A stretch of DNA of 62,811 nt, the filler included, from Vannella sp. (Eukaryota), in the NCBI GenBank assembly GCA_023345925.1. It is 5 parts of 5 records of this genome, joined end to end, with 100 filler letters (N's around TTAATTAATTAA, not from the genome) between each part and the next. Parts side by side here need not be neighbours in the genome. Positions count along the whole stretch, not along the records: positions 26,609 to 41,114 come from JAJQQN010000121.1; 4 more parts are not named here. The stretch is one strand, 5' to 3'. Both the position numbers and the translations under genes were made by a program. Each line of letters opens with the position of its first letter. The first letter of the stretch is position 1. Shown here piece by piece: positions 26,609 to 37,380 of the stretch. Below the pieces are notes generated by a model. That model was not told the DNA's origin and did not search any database. It was given only the letters and a program-made list of their open reading frames with translations.

Positions 26609-29600
26609 GTTGGGCCAACAAGGAGAACGGGTTCATTGTGGCGAAGAGCAAATGCCAGGAGAACCAAGTTTTTTTCGAATTCCTTTGGGCGAAAGCCTTC
26701 TTCTTGCTTCCAGAGATGAGATTTGGAGCACATTCCTTCTATTTTCGCTCTAAGATTGCCAAGAGAGAAGCGGATTTCCTTGCCCACTTGCTCGATCCGA
26801 AATATTCTTTCTTGCCCTTTAAAGTTAGGTGGGGAATACTCATGAGAGCTGAAGATGGCTTCCAATCTTTTGTGAGCGTACGAAGGTTGTTGAGCCTCTA
26901 TGATGCTGTAGCCCAATTGCATGAAGGATAAATCACCCTTGAGATCACCACAGTGTGTTCGGCGGATCCAGCGAATGAGCTCTCGTAGACTGATGCAATT
27001 GGCCGTTTCTTTGCGCAACTCCTCGTAGATGTAGGCCAAAATCAGACGCCTTTTCTCAACAAGTGGTTTTCCAGAAGTAGAACTCGCCTTCAGGATTTCA
27101 GAGAGTTCCTCTTTGGTGAAATTTTGTACTTGGATTTCAACAAATCTGGCCCGTAGAGCACTCGGTAGCTCGTGACGATTAGCGTAGCTTGAATGGTTCT
27201 GTGTGGCAAAGAAGCGGAAGTTGGGATGAGCAATCAATGTCTCTCCAGTGCTGGGGTTCGTAATAGTTCGTTTCCCCTCCAAGAGAGGTGAAAGCATGTC
27301 AAGAACAGATGGTTCAGCAAGATTGAACTCATCAGCTAGGAACCAATTTCCTCGTTTGAGTGCTCGAGTGAGTGCTCCTTCTTGGAATGCAGTTTCATCT
27401 CCCACAGGGAGAAAAGTTCCAATGTAATCCTGAACAGTTGTTGATTCTGTGTTATTGACCCTCTCTAAAAGAGAACCAGCTCCAAGAACCAATCGAGCAA
27501 TCGTGCTGATCAATGATGTCTTTCCAACCGCAGAAGGACCTTCCAGCAAGACAGGAAGGTTACAGAGGTGGCACGCAAATACAGTTTCAGCATAAGGCTT
27601 TCTCGTGTCAGTCAGTACATGGCATGAAGCAGCATCACTACCAGAAGCAAAGTATTTGTCAACCAGCGGGAACGTTTGGGTTTTCTTGATCGGCAAAGAG
27701 AGACATTTTCTGACCTGTTCGTCTATCTTGAGCTGCTCTGCACTGGTATGCAATCTCTCAGCACACAGTTGGAAGGCAATTAGTAATCTCGCCTTCAAAT
27801 CTTTTGCATACAGAGGCTCCTGTTTCAGACGGAAGGTACTGTCCAGCAAGCGAACGATGTGTCTGAAGGTTGTCTTCTTGCCATTCAGCAAAATCTGGCA
27901 GAGATCTAGGATCAAATTTTCTTCTCTTTCGGAATCAACTTGATCTCCAAGGATAGCTCTGATGAGTGCCCTTAATTCGTCACTGTCGCTGTTCAGATGA
28001 TCCATCCAAAAGATCGTAAAGCGATTAGCCAAGGCAGGCGACAGTTCAATTTGTCCTTGACTGAGAGTAGCAAAGACAGCAAAGCCTTCATTATCGCCCT
28101 TCATCTCAGTGATTTCGCCCTTTTCTGTCAAGACCAGGTTCGGAGGACTTTCTAGAATTGGGTTCAAACGTTCTAGAACCTCAGCATGTGCCTGATTCAG
28201 GTTATCCAAAAGAGCCCATTCCCCTTTCCTGAATGCTTCGGTTACTAAGCCGTCTTTCCAAGTTACACGGTCTTCGCCCTGTTTGCCTGGGATGTATTGG
28301 CCAATCATCGCCGAAGATTCAACTTCAGGTGTGAGGCAGAGAGTCTTCAATGGGCATCCTAATAAGTAGGAGAGAGCTGCAACACAGCCGCTTTTGCCAC
28401 ATCCCTCATCACCAATGATCAACACTGGCTGGCGATGGCGAAGCGAAAAGAGCATCTTCTTCCAGAGAGACAGCACCCGGTTGGTAACAACAAAAGGCGT
28501 TTCACAAGAGATCTGATTTGGAGTAAGCCTCTGGCAGAGATTCTCAAACTCTGGGAGCTTGCTTGATTCCACTGGAGATAGACTTTCCTTGATTGCACTG
28601 AACACTCGACTCTGGGCTCGAGTGAAGCGGAAGCGGGCTAAATAGGCTAATATTTTGTCTTCAGTTGAAATTGATCCTGCCGCCTCAGCTTTCCAAGAGT
28701 CTGCGACACAGTAGAGGCCAAACTCCTTAATGAATCTGGTATCAAGAGTGATTTCCCGGACTTGTTGATGAATAATTTCGAGGGTTGAGTCGCCATATTG
28801 TGCTCCAAACGAGCCTTCAGCATTTTGGGAGGGTAGGGGTAGGCTGTAATCGACCGAACCAATTCGTATTTGACCCTCTATCCTTGACCAATCAAGATCA
28901 TGATTGCTGACATCTTGGAAGCCACTGATACGGGCAAAATCTGGAGGAAATCTTGCCGCATAGATGCACCACTTGGGCCAATCTTGAGCTTGATCGTCAG
29001 TCAACGTCTTCGCCCACATGAGCAGTTCTCGGAGAGTTATCACTTTGTAAGGTCCCTTCAAGGATTCAACTTTTGGTAGAAGGGCAATGAGATCGAAGTG
29101 GAATTCGACCATCTTTTCGACTTGATCCTTCTGGAGTCTCACTCCTCTTGATGTAAGCACATCAGCAGTGATACGGCAACATTCAGGCTTGGTGATATCT
29201 GGATAATGAATGTGAACAAACCGATCCAAGAAAGAGAACGAATGAACCTCTCTTTTGCCTTGGAAGAGCCCAGCGTTGGGATTTTGTGTGGCAAAAAGTC
29301 GGAAGTCGGGATGCTTCTTGATATACTGAACAGGATCCTTTCTAGTGGGATCTGTGACTTGAAGAACACCTTGGTCGAGTGCTCCTTCAATCCTTTGGAG
29401 GACCACATCAGGAGCAAGATTCATCTCATCCAGGAGCAGCCAGTATCCTTGATGAAAAGCCTCAGTGAAGGGTCCAGGAGAAAATCTGAGCTTTTGGGCG
29501 CTCTCAACGGAAAACTCCAACTTTCCAAGGAGGTCATCCACAGTGATGAGGCTTGACATATTGAAGCGGATAAGCTTGATCTTCCTGAATAGAGCAAGCT

Positions 29601-31080
29601 TTTGGACAATGGCAGTCTTTCCCACACCGGTGTTTCCTTGCAAAAGGATGGGAAATCCAGCGGCAATAAACTGTTGGATCTTGGAGAAGTTTTCAGCAGC
29701 AGAAGAGTCTCTCAGAACCAATCCACTCGTCTGCTCAAAGCCATCAGCACCTCCCAGCTGAATTGTAACAGTTGGATCTGGTAAGAGGATGGTATTCCAG
29801 TTGGTTTGCCTTCCGGAAGCAATAGCTTTCAAAATACTGTCAGTTTTCAAAACTTCTTTCTGATCAAGACTGAGAGGTGGCTTCGGTTGAACTGGAGTGT
29901 CAAGTTTGATCGAACTGCACCATTCGCTACTCATCTTTGATGCAGATTGGTCCAAAATTGGAAGGCGGAATCCGTTGCTTCGAAACATGTCGTTGATTTG
30001 CTCTAAAGAAAGAGAAAGTGCGCTGGAAACTATCAAGAAGACACTCTGAAGGATGACTCCTCGATTTGGTGACTCAGATCGCGCACACAGAGCAGCAATG
30101 CCTTCAGAAAGGAAGCTCTTCACCTCTGCAGAGTCCCTTCGATGGAAGATCTCTTGAGCAATGACTTGGAAGTGGCTTAACGCCATAGCATCCTCTTGGC
30201 TGCTGCTGGCCTCTGAGAGAGTCTCCTTCAACCTCTCAACCAATAGCTTTAAAAGACGCTGAAGGTCTTCAGGATAGAGATCAAAGACGATGCCACAAAA
30301 CGACTTGTAGATGAGGTGCGGGACGGAGACTGTCACGGCGAGTTCAAGGTTCTGAGAGAGGAAAGGCTGGTGCACCTCATCATCAAGCTTGGGGAAAGCG
30401 TGGAGGAATGCTTTGAACTTGAATGCTTTGTTCGGTGAATCAGATGCGAATGTCCAAGCGCTCAGGATCAGAGAGTTCTGCTGAGGGCCGTTGTCGAGGA
30501 CCTCTTCAACCAACTTTTCAAGCTTGCTCCTGAGTCCACGATCTACTACCTTACGAGACAGAAGCTTCTCGACCAAGTTGACGAGGGAAGGAGAGACAGG
30601 GATGTCCTCCAAGAGCTGGAGAACGGGAGAAACATCTTTGTTGCAGTCCAGGTACCAGCTGAGGCTCTGTTCCACGATCCACACAGACAAGGGGCTTGGT
30701 GTCGCAAGAAGAGGAGACAAGCTCGATAGGAGTCCTTCTGCAGTGATTTGGAAGCGAGAGAAAGCCAGACGCTTCACTTCCCCAGCCAAGGCGGCGGAGG
30801 AGCTTCCAACAAGAGCGACGAGATCGGCGTGTTGAATGGCGGGAAGGTCAAAGTAAGCACGCCAAAGAACCGCACACGACTCCTTCGGCAGGGGCAAGAG
30901 GGAGGCTTCTTTCAGCAGTCGCCCCAGCTCGTCCCTCCCTCGTTCGAGAAAGTCCGGGAACTTGGAAGCGCAGTCCAGGAAGATCTTCAGCTCCCCGGGG
31001 TCCCTCAATAGTCTCTGGTAAGATTGAACGTTGGGCTCAGGGGATCGCAAAGACTCGAGTAGCCGCTCTCCGCGCTCCAT
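26609..31080 (-). CDS. Midasin/Rea1-like multi-AAA+ ATPase, not canonical MDN1; 3'-truncated at the contig end, intronless
   Basis: About 470-aa helical N-terminus, then AAA modules GNTGVGKT/LLLDEMNLA/FATQNP, GDEGCGKS/LLDNLNQA/SPALANRF, GPSAVGKT/LADEFNLA/FATQN, and the start of a fourth (EPVLLVGP). Confidence 0.85.
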
Positions 31081-32132
31081 CAGAGCCGGAGGAGAAGAAA
31101 TTGGGAAGGGAAAGGGAACTTTGGTTGCCAAAACGCCAAACATTTTCGTTTCCCTTCGCTTTCCTTCGAGCAATCCGAAATTGTCCCAGTTTGCACCCTT
31201 GAATTGGTAGAAAGCTAAATAATTAAATCAGACCAAGTTTATTAAAAACCTGGTTCATTGGGGGTATTGCCTTCAAGGAGACCGAACCAACGGACCACGC
31301 GAGTTGTGCTTGTGAGAGCTGTTTGTGCTGTTTCAAGCCCTTTTCTTCTTCGCTTATATCAGATGTGTACATACGCTCGTTCAACAGATGTAGACGTGCA
31401 AGGGAGACTGCAACTAGGCGAGTGAGCGCCAGACGTCCTGCGCAGGAAGAACAGAGTCGCAGCTGACGTTTCCAGTTGACAAAGCGACAAATCAATCAAA
31501 CAGTGTTGAAGAATGAACAGCTCTACCTCAAAATGATGACAACGAGGAGGACCATGCGTGAGGAGGACTTCTTCGCGTGTTACAGCAAAGAAGCGACCAA
31601 CTAACGACAAAAAAAGCGATTGGTAACTAACGAGCGTCCACCCAGTTGCAGTCTCAAGGATTCTTGGTTGTTTGAACGGCCAACACCCTCCCTAGGTTCA
31701 TCCCTCCGTAGAGGCCGGTGGAAACAACCACGTACACGTTCTCTCTTTCGCTTCTCTACTTCATCACGAACAGGTTAACTGTGATCTTCGATTGCCTCGA
31801 TCAAGATGTTCTCATGCTCTTCGTGTATTCTTCAGGGTGTTCCGTTTTGTTGGTCAACCACCACACGCACTCCACTTCTACTTACACCAAGAAGGAGACT
31901 CTACTCCTATCAAGGGGGCTTGGTCCCGACCGTTGACACGTCAAGGCCACGAGAACAGAGTGTACGTTCTCTCCACGGAGAGAAGGACTCAACACTTGAT
32001 GGTCTCCTCCACGCTAAATACCAAACATGAGAAGGGGGTGACTCTAAGTGATGACCAAGCAACTCCACTTTCCCAGGAATTCCTCAAAAAGGTGATCTGT
32101 TCACTCCCTTCTTCATTCTTCAGCCTTCTTTC

Positions 32133-32531
32133 ATGCCAGGCTGGTCTCCACTCATTCATCGAATAGTCTTCTCTGCGTTCGATGCAGAAGAGTTAAGATC
32201 TCACCTTGAATACCTCGAGACTCCCAGCCAACACGGATCCTCGCCGCTTTTCTTTGCCGTCGTGATGAAAGATGAGGAGACTCTTCTTTGGCTTCTGCAG
32301 CAGGGGTGCTGTATTCACGTACGCAATCACTATGGAGAAACACCATTGCATTGGGCTGCTCAAGCAGGATTAGCTTCCATTGTCAAGACTTTGCTAGCAT
32401 CTGGGGCTGACATCAAGTCGCGGGATAACGATGGCTTCACTCCTTTGGACTGGAGTAACGAACAGAATCATCCAAATCTGGCGAGGCTGCTCCAAACGAA
32501 ATCGTCTCTTTCTACTTGCCTTATCATGTGA
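32133..32531 (+). CDS. Small ankyrin-repeat protein, paralog 1
   Basis: GSSPLFFAV, GETPLHWAAQAG, GADIKSRDNDGFTPLDW. Confidence 0.85.
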   Translation: MPGWSPLIHRIVFSAFDAEELRSHLEYLETPSQHGSSPLFFAVVMKDEETLLWLLQQGCCIHVRNHYGETPLHWAAQAGLASIVKTLLASGADIKSRDNDGFTPLDWSNEQNHPNLARLLQTKSSLSTCLIM

Positions 32532-32748
32532 TAGATCTCGTCCATGGACTGGGCATCTTAACTCTCACGCTCTTCATTATTCTAAACTTAACATCTACCA
32601 ATGCTTACTACTCCCCTACTCGTTCCATCCTGGTGCAAATGGAACCCAACCAGTGAGAAGTCATTTCTGTCTTTATGTGTCTGTTGGAAGCTTTTCTTTG
32701 GTGGACTCTTGAAGTGGGACCCGTTACTTCATTTGTCACGGAACTCCT

Positions 32749-33210
32749 TTAGGAGATTCGCTGTCTTAGTGAACGCATGACAGGGTAAAGCATAGTTTGA
32801 GTTATCCATTCCAGTCTGGAGTGAATGGCGTTTGGGATTTGTCCTCCAAGAAGGGGATAGAGGTGAGTGTGCTCTTGGTCCACGCTCCAGTCTAAAGCTG
32901 TCAATCCATCGCCGTCAGTTTGGTAAATGTCCGCACCATAAGAGAGCAGCAACTTGATAACGTTTCCGTGTCCCATTTGAGCGGCCCAATGCAGAGGGGT
33001 TTCACCGTAAGAGTTACGGGCATGAACATTACCTCCTAGCCTTAACAGCCAACTCAACGCCTCAGCCTCTTCTCCATTCAATGCTGCAAAGAAGAGAGGG
33101 GTCGACCCCCCACGGCTCGTTGGAGTTTCAAGATCGCCCTTGCACTGGATCATTGCCTCTTCATCAAAAGGGAATCGGATGATCTGTTCCACCAAAGGAC
33201 TCCACACCAT
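32749..33210 (-). CDS. Small ankyrin-repeat protein, paralog 2
   Basis: STPLFFAA, GETPLHWAAQMG, GADIYQTDGDGLTALDW; shares the WSPL..QI..F...LETP N-terminus with the other two. Confidence 0.87.
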   Translation of the reverse strand: MVWSPLVEQIIRFPFDEEAMIQCKGDLETPTSRGGSTPLFFAALNGEEAEALSWLLRLGGNVHARNSYGETPLHWAAQMGHGNVIKLLLSYGADIYQTDGDGLTALDWSVDQEHTHLYPLLGGQIPNAIHSRLEWITQTMLYPVMRSLRQRIS

Positions 33211-33461
33211 CAGGAGACTTGACTTATGTCCTTCTAGCGAAGCTTCGAAGGTGATACTCCGAGTTACGCCCTTTGGTGCGAATAAGGTGAAATGGGATCC
33301 TACAGCGCTCCAGAATCGACCAAGTTACGGCTGTTTTCTCTGCTCTCTGAGAGTCTCTGGCTGGAAAGAAGAGAATCATGAGCCCAAGCCTTCACCTGAG
33401 GACTTGTACGATTGATTGATAACAATCCAATGAGGCTTGAAACTTGGGACTACATTCTATC

Positions 33462-34475
33462 TTATGTGGGCAAGAGTTCTTCAGTGGCAGCTATTCGAAA
33501 AATGTAGTGTTTGTACTGCTCTTGATCCTTGATAACCTCGACAATCGCCCCTTGGAGGCTACGAAGGCCGTCGTTGAAAAAACGTGTTCCGGCGTTTTGC
33601 GTTTTTCTGAATGTGTGCAAGTTGGCATTCAGTTGTGGACTGTCTCGAATGTTAGCACCTCTTTGGTGCTCTATGATTCTGTAAGCGCCCACCAAATGGT
33701 CCTGGGTGAGAACCTCTCTGCCGCTGAGGACCACTCTCGACCACATATCAAAGTCTTCGTAGCCCCAGCCCCAGTATCTGTTCGACCAGCCTCCAAGCTT
33801 CACATGATACTCGCTCGAGGATAGATAAACCCCTCCAAGATGGGGTCCACTGTTGGAGAAGGAGAGGTGCGTTGGTCCTTTGGGGAAGGCATACGTGTTT
33901 CCCTCGTTAATGGGAAGGAAATCGACATCATGGAAGACTGCATAGTCACAAAGATGATATGAAACAAGGAATCCAAGGTTCAGAAGGGCGCCACGGTTGA
34001 AGAGGAGCCCGTTCTCTTGCTCGGCAATCACAAAGGTGAAGGAGACACCTTGTTTCTTCATCCATTGTCGCATATAGGGGAGGAACTCTGCTAAGTGAGC
34101 ACTTCTGTTAGCGCCATTGTTGGCTTCATCGCTGGAGGGGGACTCTCGGAAGGGGACGATGATGCAAAGGTGATGTTGGGCAGTCTCTGAGGGAGTCCAT
34201 TGGCGCTCAGGCCTAAGAAGTAGCTCATTCGTTGCATCTGTGAAGGAGAAACCAGTTCGAAAGATCTCTGATGATGACTGCAGCCCACCAGAGGGTGAGG
34301 CGCTCACATCCTCCCTCTTTTTACTCCACTCCAAGCTCGGAGGCCCCTCTACTGCTGGCACTGCGTCCATCAAGTTCAAAGACCAAGCCTCCCAAAACAA
34401 GAGACCATGAACGAGCATCAACAAACAAACCCCCGCTCCTGGAACAAGCCAACGTTGCGCCATTCCTCCACACAT
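33462..34475 (-). CDS. GT7 beta-1,4-galactosyltransferase-family enzyme (B4GALT7-like), type II membrane, intronless
   Basis: N-terminal TM; IIVPFR, FNRGALLNLG, FHDVD (DxD), SNRYWGWGYED. Confidence 0.9.
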   Translation of the reverse strand: MCGGMAQRWLVPGAGVCLLMLVHGLLFWEAWSLNLMDAVPAVEGPPSLEWSKKREDVSASPSGGLQSSSEIFRTGFSFTDATNELLLRPERQWTPSETAQHHLCIIVPFRESPSSDEANNGANRSAHLAEFLPYMRQWMKKQGVSFTFVIAEQENGLLFNRGALLNLGFLVSYHLCDYAVFHDVDFLPINEGNTYAFPKGPTHLSFSNSGPHLGGVYLSSSEYHVKLGGWSNRYWGWGYEDFDMWSRVVLSGREVLTQDHLVGAYRIIEHQRGANIRDSPQLNANLHTFRKTQNAGTRFFNDGLRSLQGAIVEVIKDQEQYKHYIFRIAATEELLPT

Positions 34476-34936
34476 CCAATAAATGGTTGCTTTATCGATT
34501 TATCTGAGCACCAGGTGGCTGTGAACCACTCAGGACCAGACAAAGAGGCTCCTTCCCGTCGAAAAGACACCAAACTCAATCACTGAACGCACCACACCTC
34601 CTCTTTGCTGTGTTTGGTGTGACTTCCACTGAGCCTTCCACCATGCGATGACAAATAGAGGAGTGAGCCTTAGCTCGCAGTCCCATCTCTCAAGAAGCGT
34701 TTGGGACGAAGTTTCTTTGTTGCTGGGCAGAATGAATGCATCAATGATTGCCTGTCAATGATTGCTTGTGCGAAAGGCGACTGCATTGCTGCAAGAGATC
34801 GGTGATCGGCGTCGTGCCATCTACTGATCGGGAATTGTGCGATGATCGGCGTAATAATGAAAGTCCGGACCACCGTAAAGGCGTTCCTTAAAAGGGAAGG
34901 TGTTTGGGGAGGGCGCTCATTATATCATATCCAACT

Positions 34937-35341
34937 ATGGCTTGCTGGTCCCCGTTGATTGAGCAGATCGTCCGATATTCTTTCAACAAAGAGCGAATGG
35001 AAGTTCATGTGGAGGATCTGGAGACTCCCAGCAAGTATGGGCAAGGCACACCCCTCTTCTTTGCTGTTGCTCTTGAACATGAGGAGAAAGTAGCTTGGCT
35101 GCTGAGTAAGGGATGCAACGTCCATGCGCGCAACAAGTTTGGAGAAACTGCCCTTCATTGGGCGGCTCACCGAGGCTTACTGAGGACCGTAGAGCTCCTC
35201 CTTCAATCTGGCGCAAGCATCCATCACAGAGATAACGAAGGCCTCACTCCTTGCGACTGGAGCATCGGTGAAGAGCATTACCATCTCTTCCCTCTCCTCA
35301 ATCCCAACGCCCCCTCTCACATCAAAGCCAAAGATACGTAG
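34937..35341 (+). CDS. Small ankyrin-repeat protein, paralog 3
   Basis: MACWSPLIEQIV, GTPLFFAV, GETALHWAAHRG, GLTPCDW. Confidence 0.87.
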   Translation: MACWSPLIEQIVRYSFNKERMEVHVEDLETPSKYGQGTPLFFAVALEHEEKVAWLLSKGCNVHARNKFGETALHWAAHRGLLRTVELLLQSGASIHHRDNEGLTPCDWSIGEEHYHLFPLLNPNAPSHIKAKDT

Positions 35342-35551
35342 TGGCTGTTTCCTTGTACCACGATTCCTTCGATGTGTCCTCACCAGCACATCAAACAGAC
35401 CAACAAGCCTCCTCGGCTGGCCGGCTCCAAAGAATTGCACTCTCTTGAAGCAGAGTTCCTTTTCCCATCAATTAAATTAATTTCCAAATTGCCATTCATT
35501 TAGAAGAATATTACGCGTCAAGTGGGAACCATTTCCTGGCAACGGGGGAGG

Positions 35552-36703
35552 ATGGCCATGCGCTTGTTTCTTCATGGAGTGAGGAGCCGCGGCTTGCGGC
35601 CTTTGTGGGTGGTGTCTCGAGGATGTGAATCGGGAGGGGCCTCGCGAGAGGAGGCTGCTTTGTCAAGGGTGTGGAGATTTGGATCGGGGGAGCTTCAAGG
35701 GCGCCGCCCTTACATGGAAGACCGTCACTTGGCCATTCCTTGCCTCGCAAAGCATACTTCAGGGGTTCTACCACAAAACCTGGGGCTCTTCGCAGTCTTT
35801 GATGGCCATGGTGGCGACGTAACATCAAGCTACGCGCAAAAGAACTTTGCTCAGATCCTGGCTTCCTTGCTCGCTGACAGTGCGTTGATCAGCCTGCTTT
35901 ATGAATGGTGACTGATAAGGGTATCAGAGAGCCTCAACGAGGAAACAGTCCAGGAGTGCTTGAGGCAATCGATTTACGAAGTGCATCGGAGATTGCTCCA
36001 AGATCTGCCTGGGTACCTCTAGCTCCTCTACTCCCGGTCTAGCGGGTTCTAATGTAATTCAGGAAGGATGGAATGGATGGTAGTACCGCTGTGGTTTCGG
36101 TGTTGCTGGAAGACACCTTGTGGACCGCCAATGTGGGAGACTCTCGTGCGATTCTCTGTCGAGATTGCAAAGCTGTTGCTCTGACAGAAGACCACAGTCC
36201 TGAAAGTGAGCCATCCTTGCTTTTGATTACTTAGTGCTCACTTTCTCTTCAGATGCTGCAGAGGCGGAGAGAGTGACACGAGATGGTGGAGTGATAAAGT
36301 TTTCTGGCATACCTGGCGGTTAAGTGACTCCAAGATTAGCCCTCTGTATCTTACCTTCACACTTTCAGATTGTCACAGAGTCTACGTGAAAAATAATGGC
36401 GGGTTGGCAATGACTCGCGCGTTGGGAGATGAATTCTATCAAATCAATGGAAAAGACATTGTACCAGCAGAGCCTGATATAACTGTGCACAAGATTGACC
36501 AAGATCTTGATCATTTCCTTCTTGTTGTGTCTGATGGCATGCTCGAGAACGTCAGCCCCCAGTCTTTGGTCGATTATGTGCGAATCAGACAACAAGACCC
36601 ACAAATCGACCTCTCTGGACTCATGCAGGAAATGTGCGAAGAAGTCATAGACTATTCAAGCGATAATCTGACCTCAGTCTTTGTCTGTTTGAAAAAAGAT
36701 TAA
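35552..36703 (+). CDS. PP2C/PPM phosphatase, possibly mitochondrial, multi-exon
   Basis: Arg-rich N-terminus without acidic residues; QGRRPYMEDRH, FAVFDGHGG, DGSTA, ANVGDSRA, EDHSP, GGLAMTRALGD, VSDG, SSDNLT across exons. Confidence 0.88.
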
Positions 36704-37238
36704 CAGAATGACCAAAAAAGTCGCTTAAAAAGCTGCTTGAAATGTTGCCACCGTATTCGGAGTATTTGTCGCTTCTCCTTTTCGATAATAGACTCTGATT
36801 AGGAGGTTCTCCTGTTTGAGTGGGTCTGTAGTAAGTTGAACTTCATTTTCGAACAGCTGATCAATGGCTGAAAGCCGGTTGAGGTAAGCTTGTCAGGAAG
36901 ACGACCAAAAAGTGATAAGGCAGAATCAGCTAAATAGCCTATCCACGCAGGAACGACCGTTGACTCATTTGGTAGATGAAAAGGACACTTAAGTTAACTT
37001 TCAACAGACCTTGGCTGATTCCATTTTTGGGAGCTTCCTCCAAGAACTTTAGATTCCTCCTGCGCTGCATCTCCCAGCGAATTAGAACCAGAGATGGAAG
37101 TAATGACTGTGAGAATACTGGTGCTGTCCGGTGGCACGAGGAGGGGACACGAGTAAACAAAGCCCGCTTTGTGTTCACCAACCTCAGTTCTCAGTCTCAG
37201 CGTTCTCGGACTTCTTCAAAGAGAGTAAAAAGTCAGTA

Positions 37239-37315
37239 AGAAGTCTAGGAGAAGAGGGCAAGAAGTCGCGGAGAAGTCGCGGAGAAGAGGGCAAGAAGTC
37301 GCGGAGATTTCGCGA
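37239..37315 (+). repeat. Seven tandem 11-bp units (AGAAGTCGCGG / AGAAGAGGGCA variants) upstream of hsp70
   Basis: agaagtctagg agaagagggca agaagtcgcgg agaagtcgcgg agaagagggca agaagtcgcgg agatttcgcga. Confidence 0.85.
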
Positions 37316-37380
37316 GGGGACACTATTTATCGTTTTCTCTTTGAGCAGTGAGGCATTATCCATCGCTGCTTCGTGGCGCA

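Noticed and set aside
25223..31080. ART gene apparently downstream of the multi-AAA gene on the same strand, like a two-gene defence operon or a single fused gene
   Set aside because: They are separated by an artificial linker (26509-26608), so the adjacency carries no information unless contig order is independently confirmed.
26609..31080. Annotation as canonical MDN1 or dynein heavy chain
   Set aside because: The N-terminus and module order do not match my recollection of either.
36704..37230. Short ORFs or ncRNA between the PP2C and hsp70 genes
   Set aside because: No recognisable motif, structure or splice-consistent model.
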